From assembly GCA_050739255.1 (NCBI GenBank), contig JBOIAY010000089.1, forward strand, positions 1 to 37,283: a stretch of 37,283 nt of DNA. Reading direction: 5' to 3'. The stretch comes from Gammaproteobacteria bacterium (GTDB taxonomy: Bacteria > Pseudomonadota > Gammaproteobacteria > Natronospirales > REEB76). The position numbers were made by a program, and so were the translations under genes. This document shows positions 22,891-29,772 of the stretch, one piece after another. How positions within the stretch are numbered: position 1 is the first letter of the stretch; every line of letters begins with the position of its first letter. The notes under the pieces are model-generated. The model saw only the letters and a program-made list of their open reading frames with translations, had not been told where the DNA came from and did not search any database.

Positions 22891-23646
22891 TTAGTGTGTG
22901 CTTTTAGGTCTTGGTGAACGCCTTGATCCGGCGCGCTTATCATCATCACCGGTCCCGCGTCCCTCAAGACTGTCAACAAAGGCGTTGTAGATCACCCTGA
23001 GCTGCTTTGCGTTTAGTGCGTTGCCTCTGGTAATAAGCGTGAACGCTTTTGGAGAAGCGCCCACTTCCCTCAGTCGAGCCAAGTTGCGGGGATCAAGGTA
23101 AGTCTCAAGCAGGTCTTGGTCCTCGTTTGACGCGAGCACGGCCATTTTCACAAGGTCTCGCGTATCCTTGTCGCCCTTCGCGGTGCCACCTCTGCCAGCT
23201 TCCGCATCAAGCTTCAGCACCAGCAGATGCCCGACCGCTGCGACCCTCATTGAACCGTAGGTGCTGGCATGGGCAACCAGTTCGTCGTAAGGCACCCTGA
23301 GCTTGTTGTTATGCTCCACATACAGGTCGGCTTCGATGCGGCCCACGGTTACCTGGTGCTTGTGCAAGCGCTCATTGGCCGTCACCTCGAATAGATCCCT
23401 GAGCGCTCCGAGATCCTGCAGGGAAATATACGTGTCAACGTCGTGGCTGAATTCAACCAGCCGCTCGCGGCTCACGGGCAGTTTGCCCAAGGGGCGGTTC
23501 TGGGTGTGCAGATAGACCGCCAAGCCGCCGATCAACACGGCGCCTGGGCAGTCCTCCGCCAAGGTCTGTGCCGCTTGCAGAACGGCCCGCCAATCGCTAG
23601 CATGCGCATCGTGATTCATAACGTCACCGTGACGATAATTATGCAC
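22891..23646 (-). CDS. Pol-beta-superfamily nucleotidyltransferase-fold protein (AbiEii/MNT-like, tentative)
   Basis: The pattern LIGGLAVYLHTQNR...FSHDVDTYIS fits the G[GS]-x(n)-D-x-D NTase motif, and a later acidic residue (DLYVE) and LKLDAEAGRGGTAKGDKDTRDL fit too. The track start is GTG 23646; ATG 23619 (MNHDAHAS) is an alternative. The gene lies inside the repeat-flanked cassette. Confidence 0.6.
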   Translation of the reverse strand: MHNYRHGDVMNHDAHASDWRAVLQAAQTLAEDCPGAVLIGGLAVYLHTQNRPLGKLPVSRERLVEFSHDVDTYISLQDLGALRDLFEVTANERLHKHQVTVGRIEADLYVEHNNKLRVPYDELVAHASTYGSMRVAAVGHLLVLKLDAEAGRGGTAKGDKDTRDLVKMAVLASNEDQDLLETYLDPRNLARLREVGASPKAFTLITRGNALNAKQLRVIYNAFVDSLEGRGTGDDDKRAGSRRSPRPKSTH

Positions 23647-24102
23647 TCTATTCCCATGAACGTCTGGCCGTCAAGACCGCTGCCGGTGAAGCCGGCCGAC
23701 TGGCAGGCAATTTCGCGCACGCAAACGCGGGCGGTCTTGCGGTACGCGGCGATCTGCAAACTGGCAGGCGTACCCGCGCGCGTGACCGGAGCCGACTTGG
23801 AGCGCCAAGTACATATACTCAACGGGACGCAGCATTTTTATCCGGTCGGCCAGCCGGATGAAATCGGCGTCGCATTGCCACAGTACCGCGGCAGCCGGGC
23901 GGATGCGTTGCGCGTCCTTGAGATACTTGCGTATGGGTTTGTCGATTATGCCGCCAGGGAAGCGGTCAGGGGGCGCGGTCTGTTTCTGCCCGCACCACGG
24001 CGCGGCCGCAAAGCGACGGGCAAGGCACTTACCGGCGCGGAAAGGATGCGGCGTCTCCGGCTGAAAGCGGCGCCCTCACCGACCACAAGGTCTGGGGGCT
24101 GA
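23641..24102 (+). CDS. Small Arg-rich hypothetical protein, divergent partner of the NTase-fold gene
   Basis: The in-frame ATG at 23641 (or 23656, MNVWPSRPL) lies back-to-back with the NTase start. The product is 153 aa with a basic tail APRRGRKATGKALTGAERMRRLRLK. The last 9 codons and the stop lie inside repeat copy 2. The upstream part of the ORF-track ORF (23443-23640) overlaps the NTase gene and is rejected. Confidence 0.4.
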   Translation: MHSIPMNVWPSRPLPVKPADWQAISRTQTRAVLRYAAICKLAGVPARVTGADLERQVHILNGTQHFYPVGQPDEIGVALPQYRGSRADALRVLEILAYGFVDYAAREAVRGRGLFLPAPRRGRKATGKALTGAERMRRLRLKAAPSPTTRSGG

Positions 24103-24184
24103 TGCTGCTCGCCATCGTGCTGTTCGGACCCGGCAAGTTGTCACTGGACTACCTGCTGCAAAAATGGGTGTGGCCGCGCTTCTG
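24076..24184. repeat. Direct repeat copy 2 (109 bp), orphan copy of the DoxX 3' end
   Basis: Identical to 22726-22834. Read in the DoxX frame it continues ...WPRFCHQAQIAN*, whereas copy 1 ends ...WPRFCRRTGTAR*. Confidence 0.95.
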
Positions 24185-24232
24185 CCATCAAGCACAGATA
24201 GCAAACTGAACGTGCCATAGGCCAATATCTTC

Positions 24233-25535
24233 CTAGCAGGTTGTTGATTTTCTCTACGGTAATTACAGGCTCAACTATACTTGTTGGGACGCTACCTGTA
24301 TAGGAGAGCAAGCGATGCGCGGTACCGATGAGATGCAAGAAGCGTTATTCACGACGGTGCATCTGGAGAGCTTCGTGCCGCAAGATCACCCGCTGCGGGG
24401 GATTCGTATTCTGATGAATGACGCGCTGCAGGGACTCGACGGGCTGTTTGGCGGTATGTACGCGGAGTGTGGGCGCGAATCGATTCCGCCGGAGCACTTG
24501 TTGCGGGCGCAGTTGTTGCAGGTGCTGTATTCGATCCGCAGCGAACGGCAGTTGTGTGAGCAGTTGCAGTACAACTTGCTGTTCCGCTGGTTCGTGGGCT
24601 TGCCGATTGAGGAAGCGGCCTGGGAGCACTCGACGTTTTCCAAGAACCGTGACCGGTTGTTGGAGCATGCAGTGATTCCGGCGCTGTTTGCCGAAGTGGT
24701 TGGCGCGGCGCGCCGGCGCGGGCTGTTGAGTGAGGAGCATTTCAGCGTGGACGGCACGCTCATCCAAGCCTGGGCCTCACACAAGAGTTTCCGGCGCAAG
24801 GATGGACCGCCGCCCGGCGGGGGTGGGCATAATAAGGAAGTGGATTTTCACGGGGAATCCCGCACCCATGACACGTACGCCTCGGTGACCGACCCGGACG
24901 CGCGCTTGCTGCGTAAATCAAAGGGCAGCGCTGCGATCCTGTGTTACCAAGGGCATACCGTAATGGAGAACCGGCATGGCTTGATCGTGGCAGCCACGGT
25001 AAGTCACGCGACCGGTCTCAAGGCCGAGTGGGGCAGCGCGCTGGCACTGCTGGGAGCCTTACCCGGGGCGCGTCGCAAAACCGTTGGCGCCGATAAAGGC
25101 TACGACACCACCGGATTTATCCAAGGCTGCCGTGAACAGCGGATCACCGCCCACGTCGCGCGCAAGATCAAAGGCAGTGCCGTGGATACGCGCACCACAC
25201 GTCATCCCGGATACCGCATCAGTCAACTGAAACGCAAACGCATCGAAGAACCGTTTGGCTGGGCCAAACATATCGGTCCGCTGCGCCAAGTCAAGCAGCG
25301 CGGCGTACCCAAGGTCAATGCCCTGTTCCAGTTCGCGATGCTGGGTTGGAATCTGGTGCGCATGCGCACTATCTTGGCATTGAATACCGGATAACGGGAC
25401 GTGGATTCGTGGCCTGGCCAGGACCAGAATGAAACCGGCCGGCACGGCCAATCAAAAACCAACAAGATTCCCTTGAATAGATGGCTCAAACCACGATCCG
25501 CAGATAATCCATGGTATTTTTCAACAAACTGCTAG
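24233..25535 (+). mobile_element. Intact IS5-family insertion sequence (about 1.3 kb)
   Basis: The terminal inverted repeats are CTAGCAGGTTGTTGA (24233-24247) and TCAACAAACTGCTAG (25521-25535), matching at 14 of 15 positions. The outer CTAG on each side could instead be a 4-bp target duplication. It contains a single transposase ORF. Confidence 0.8.
24315..25394 (+). CDS. IS5-family DDE transposase
   Basis: 359 aa. The N-terminal domain (VPQDHPLRGIRILMNDAL...GRESIPPEHLLRAQLLQVLYSIRSERQLCEQLQYNLLFRWFVGL) is InsH/DUF772-like. The C-terminal DDE region includes VGADKGYD and RKRIEEPFGWAK. Confidence 0.9.
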   Translation: MRGTDEMQEALFTTVHLESFVPQDHPLRGIRILMNDALQGLDGLFGGMYAECGRESIPPEHLLRAQLLQVLYSIRSERQLCEQLQYNLLFRWFVGLPIEEAAWEHSTFSKNRDRLLEHAVIPALFAEVVGAARRRGLLSEEHFSVDGTLIQAWASHKSFRRKDGPPPGGGGHNKEVDFHGESRTHDTYASVTDPDARLLRKSKGSAAILCYQGHTVMENRHGLIVAATVSHATGLKAEWGSALALLGALPGARRKTVGADKGYDTTGFIQGCREQRITAHVARKIKGSAVDTRTTRHPGYRISQLKRKRIEEPFGWAKHIGPLRQVKQRGVPKVNALFQFAMLGWNLVRMRTILALNTG

Positions 25536-25566
25536 TAAAAAGCGGCCCCGTTTCTGGGGCCGCTTT
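25536..25566 (-). terminator. Rho-independent terminator of TonB-dependent receptor 1
   Basis: The stem is AGCGGCCCC (25541-25549) / GGGGCCGCT (25556-25564). On the minus strand it is followed by TTTTT (complement of 25537-25541). The IS right end abuts the U-tract directly. Confidence 0.75.
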
Positions 25567-25620
25567 CACACTCAATCACCTCTTATTTGTTTACGATTTC
25601 TGACTCTGCTATCTCACGCA

Positions 25621-28584
25621 TCAGAACTTGACCTGCAGCCCGAGCTGGTAGAAGCGGCCCACCGCACCCTGCTGTGCGTAGGTTGGGCTGTAGTTATTGC
25701 CCGCATAATCAATCGGGTCAAACGGCGCACTCTTGTTGGTGGCGTTCAGAATGCCTGCCGTCAGTGCCCAGTTGCTGTTGAAGTTATACACACCGGTCAG
25801 GTCCACGTACCAGAACGCCGGCACGCCGCAGTCCGGCGGAAGATCCCCCGAGGTACCGCCGCTTATGCACAAGCCCTCCGGCGCCACGTCCGGTGCGGTC
25901 ATGTTGTAGCGGCTCACCCAGTACACCGTCGCCGTGACGCTCGCGGGTCCGAACGCAAGGGTGTTCGCCCAGTTCCAGCGGAACTTCGGGGTGCCGGCCC
26001 CGGACGACAAATTATACGGACCTTGTGTGCCCACCATGGGAACACACGGACCACCGTTTGTCAGGGTTTCGCACCAGGTCAGGATCTTGGTCCCGTGGAA
26101 ATCACTGGTGAAGTTGAATCCACCAAACGCCTGGTTGTACCGCAGTTCCAGGTCAAAGCCAGTGGTCCGTAACTCATTTGCGTTGAAATACTGCGCGTTG
26201 AACTGGAGGGGTTTCAGCGTCGCGTTCGGATACAGCGGATCCGGATTGTCCAGGATATACGAACTCGGCGGCAAGGCCACGCCGGAGAAATACTCGCTGA
26301 TCAGCCCAGCAGTGTTCGGCGGTGCAATCAAGTTGGTCTTGAGGATGTTGTAGTAATCCACCGTGCCGCTGAACGAGCTGAGCGGCTGGAACACGGCGCC
26401 CAGGGTGTAGTTGCGCGAACGCTCGGGCTGGATGTCCGGATTGGCCTCGCTGAGAACACCCAGCGAGGTGGGTGCCGCGTAGGGATCCGGCAAGCAGGGG
26501 TTGGGTACCGGGCTCGGCTGGGTGGTCGCGCAGTGCTCATTGACAAACGCCGGTGCGATTTGCGAAAAGTTAATGTTGGCGAATCCCAGCGAAGAGCTGG
26601 AGCCATTCTCGGCGAATGCTGGCGCCCGGAACCCGCGGGAATAGGTGCCGCGCAAGGCCAGTTGCTTGATCGGCGTCCATTTGATGCCGAATTTTGGCGA
26701 GAAGGCGCCGCCGAAATCCGAGTAGTGGTCCTCGCGCGCCGACAGATCTATCTCCAAGGATTCCAGCACCGGGGCATCCAACTCGGCGAACACCGCCGCC
26801 ACATTGCGGTGGCCGATGGTCTGAGCACTGCCCAAGTTCAGGTACTCATTGCCCGGATTCAGACTCGGATTATCCTGCGCCTCGTAACGCCACTGACCGC
26901 CCACCGCCAAGCTTAAGGGGCCACCCGGCAGGGCAGCCAAGGTGCCGTTGACGGTGAAATCCAGTGAATCCTCGTCGGTGGTCGAAGTGACATTGATTGC
27001 CGGCGACAGGGCATCACGGGTTGCATTGGAATTTTGCGAAGGATTAACGAAGTTGTAACTGCCGTCGGTGACATCCGACAACAACTGCGGCTCGTAGAGG
27101 AAGCCATAGTCAATGTTGTCCAACCAAGCATGGTTGAGGTTCAAGGCCGCGTCATAACTCCAGTTCTCGTTGAACTGGCCGTTCACATCCGCGTCCATGC
27201 GCATCACGTGGTTGACATCGGTTACCCAGGCGAACCCGGGCAGATCGCCGAAATTGTAGCCAATCTTGGCATACTGACAGCCGGGGGTGTTCACGTTTGG
27301 TGCGGGACCGGGGGCAGTCACGCCCGCGCAACCCGCCGCCGTCGCAAATGGGTCATTCGGGTTAACCGAGCCATTCGGCAACACCGGCGGCAACACCACA
27401 TTGCCGAAATTGACCGGTATGACGGCCTGGATGGTGGCGCCTTCATCGCTTTGCGACACCGTTCGGAACTGGTTATAGCTCGCGTTCAGGTAGGCCGTGG
27501 TGGTCGGGTCCAAATTCACCGTGATGCGGCCGTCCACGGAATAACTCTGGGTCTGCGGCGCGATTTGGTCAAAGTTCACTTGGTTGTAGGTGCAGCCCGT
27601 GCCCGTGCCCGGGCCGGTGCCCGGATAGGTGACCGGGGTCGGGCAAGTGCGCAGCGGCTGGAACGTGGTGTTGGCAATCTGCTTGCCGCTGAGCAGGTTG
27701 GGGGAGCCGTCCGCATTGGTGCCGGTGACGATCGCGGGCGCCACCACGCCATAAATTGAACCGGTGATGCCGGGACCGGCACCTACCGCGGGGTTACCGC
27801 CCACGCAACCATTGAAACCACCGATCGGGCTCAGGTCGCAAGCATTGATCGGAAAATCGCGTTTGCTGTTATAAATCGGCTGTTGTGTGTGCGCTTCAAC
27901 GCTCAGGTACGCGTTGAAGTTGTTGGTGCTCAAATCACCGGTGCCGGTGATGAAGGTCAAATCCGTCGAGGTACCCCCGCCTTGTGACGAGGTGCCGACC
28001 TGCGCGGTCGCCTCCGAGCCGTTGTAGGACGGATACAGGATGATATTGACCACACCGGCGATGGCATCGGCGCCGTAGATAGAGGAGGCACCGTCTTTCA
28101 GCACTTCGATGCGCTCCACGGCATTCAGCGGAATGGTGTTCAAATCGGTAAACGAGCGTTCGCCGTCGTCCGCCAGCGGATACGCGGTGGTGCGGCGCCC
28201 GTCAATCAAAATCAGGGTGGAGTTCACCGTTAGGCCGCGCAACGCAATGCCGGAGGAGCCGTTGGCAAAACCGGCGGTAAACGCCAGTGGAATCGTACCG
28301 CTGTTGTCGGAGGACAGGGTACGCAGTACAGCCGCAACCGTGGTCAGACCGCTTTGCTTGATCTGTGCGGCGGTGATCACCGTGACCGGCGCCGGGGTCT
28401 CGATGCTGGTGCGCGGAATCGCCGAACCCGTCACCATGATGCGGCCGAGCTGCGCCGTGGGCGCTGCATTTGAAGTGGCGGCACTGGGTGCGTTCTGGGC
28501 GAATACCAGTGGTGCCGCAAACACCGTGGCCGCACCTGATATCAGAGCATAACGCACGGCTTTGTTGATTAGATCGGATTTCAT
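25621..28584 (-). CDS. TonB-dependent outer-membrane receptor, paralog 1
   Basis: 987 aa from ATG 28584, with GAGGAA 6 nt upstream; the track TTG at 28602 is rejected. It has a signal peptide, a plug region (GRIMVTGSAIPRTSIETPAPVTVIT ... ERIEVLKDGASSIYGADAIAGVVNI) and the C-terminal beta-barrel ending YQLGLQVKF. Confidence 0.9.
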   Translation of the reverse strand: MKSDLINKAVRYALISGAATVFAAPLVFAQNAPSAATSNAAPTAQLGRIMVTGSAIPRTSIETPAPVTVITAAQIKQSGLTTVAAVLRTLSSDNSGTIPLAFTAGFANGSSGIALRGLTVNSTLILIDGRRTTAYPLADDGERSFTDLNTIPLNAVERIEVLKDGASSIYGADAIAGVVNIILYPSYNGSEATAQVGTSSQGGGTSTDLTFITGTGDLSTNNFNAYLSVEAHTQQPIYNSKRDFPINACDLSPIGGFNGCVGGNPAVGAGPGITGSIYGVVAPAIVTGTNADGSPNLLSGKQIANTTFQPLRTCPTPVTYPGTGPGTGTGCTYNQVNFDQIAPQTQSYSVDGRITVNLDPTTTAYLNASYNQFRTVSQSDEGATIQAVIPVNFGNVVLPPVLPNGSVNPNDPFATAAGCAGVTAPGPAPNVNTPGCQYAKIGYNFGDLPGFAWVTDVNHVMRMDADVNGQFNENWSYDAALNLNHAWLDNIDYGFLYEPQLLSDVTDGSYNFVNPSQNSNATRDALSPAINVTSTTDEDSLDFTVNGTLAALPGGPLSLAVGGQWRYEAQDNPSLNPGNEYLNLGSAQTIGHRNVAAVFAELDAPVLESLEIDLSAREDHYSDFGGAFSPKFGIKWTPIKQLALRGTYSRGFRAPAFAENGSSSSLGFANINFSQIAPAFVNEHCATTQPSPVPNPCLPDPYAAPTSLGVLSEANPDIQPERSRNYTLGAVFQPLSSFSGTVDYYNILKTNLIAPPNTAGLISEYFSGVALPPSSYILDNPDPLYPNATLKPLQFNAQYFNANELRTTGFDLELRYNQAFGGFNFTSDFHGTKILTWCETLTNGGPCVPMVGTQGPYNLSSGAGTPKFRWNWANTLAFGPASVTATVYWVSRYNMTAPDVAPEGLCISGGTSGDLPPDCGVPAFWYVDLTGVYNFNSNWALTAGILNATNKSAPFDPIDYAGNNYSPTYAQQGAVGRFYQLGLQVKF

Positions 28585-29147
28585 GATGAATTCCTCATTC
28601 AAGAATTTAGGGCATATCTAATTGGTTGCGCTATTAACCACGCACAATGGATCGTCGGGAAAGTCAATTAGAATTTTGACTTGTTCGTTTTTCACAACAC
28701 AACAAGCTTTTTGTTTGCATGGTAAATCTGATGCCTGTCGCAAAAAAGCATCGGTTCAATGCACGCGCTAATTATGGCCTATATTTGAAATAGTTCCAGT
28801 CGAAAACATCGACAATCATCGGCGTTAAAAAGCAATTTCATGCTTTTGGCATGCCATTATCGTTATTCAAAATACCGGTGACACCGTTTCATGCATATTT
28901 TCCCTGACAGTAACGGCGGTTTATTTGAGAGAATCTTGGGGTCACTGTGCAAATCGTCATTTGGAGCCTGGATAACTACCGATACGCTCGCTCATAAAAG
29001 CGATGATTGAATCGCTAAAATATGTACGACTGGCACGATTCAGTATTCAATTGTCAGTTTTCAGTCAAGGAACAGGCATAAACCTGCTCTGAACCAGTGC
29101 ATTCCGACTGGAAATCCGGAAATTCTCAACTAAACTAGAATGTATAG

Positions 29148-29252
29148 TGCGTTGCGCTGAGCAATGCAATGAATAAGCGCCGGCTATTTGGAATGTCGCT
29201 GTTACGTTGCTGTTCTCCGACCGTTCCTCAAGTAGAGTAGCCGGCGCTTTTT
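29148..29252 (+). ncRNA. Candidate small structured RNA / complex intrinsic terminator, copy A
   Basis: TAGAAT (29136-29141) is followed by hairpin 1, GCGTTGC (29149-29155) / GCAATGC (29161-29167). Then comes a long hairpin with outer stem AAGCGCCGGCTA (29175-29186) / TAGCCGGCGCTT (29238-29249) and inner stem GGAATGTCG (29190-29198) / CGACCGTTCC (29218-29227), followed by TTTTT. The G.U pairs are valid only on the + strand. Confidence 0.35.
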
Positions 29253-29429
29253 ATTGCGCAGCGTTTTTTACAGATCAGGCAATAATCAATCGCAAAGAAA
29301 CAGCAACAGTCAAGACGATTAAACGAACTTTTCAGTTACGCCTCAGTATTATTAGCCTATAAATTAAGTGGTTCGGCGGTCTTCTGACGCTCCCTTGATA
29401 TCCCCCACAACACGCGCCAAACAGTTGGG

Positions 29430-29672
29430 CCCGACAGGACCGATCAATCCGAGGCCACGTCGAACCGCTGAAGTCATGCGGCATCCAAAATCACCTGCAT
29501 GCGCGTCCATGGTGGGAATAGGCCCTGACGCCAGTGCAGCTGCGGCGGAATAAACGCTGCTCACGTATCCGCGCACGTGTGGAGCATCTGTTCGGACATC
29601 AGGTGACGGCGATGCAGCAAACTGTCTTGCGAACCATCGGCCAGGCACGCGCGGAAATCAAGATTCGATGAA
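29430..29672 (+). pseudogene. Remnant of an IS5-family transposase C-terminus
   Basis: Hand translation gives ...DRSIRGHVEPLKSCGIQNHLHARPWWE*ALTPVQLRRNKRCSRIRARVEHLFGHQVTAMQQTVLRTIGQARAEIKIR*. It contains the IS5 hallmark R-x-R-VEH-x-FG, has an in-frame stop and lacks the N-terminal two thirds. It sits at the junction of the two duplication units. Confidence 0.55.
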
Positions 29673-29772
29673 GATCGTCTCTCGATAGTCTTAATTTCCA
29701 GTGATGTGTCATAGCGGACCAGTGACAATCTTTAAATTGGGATTATTCGAGATGCCCTTACCTCTTCACGCA

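Larger units (their letters stand above)
25621..29306. repeat. Tandem duplication unit A (receptor gene + upstream region)
   Basis: Colinear with 29773-33486. The coding regions are highly similar. The upstream regions share blocks (CCTGTCGC..AAAA, GAAATAGTTCCAGTC.AAAAC, CTAGAATG, the AAGCGCCGGCTA...TAGCCGGCGCTTTTTATTGC hairpin and CAGATCAG..ATAAT.AAT...AAGAAACAGCA). Confidence 0.8.
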
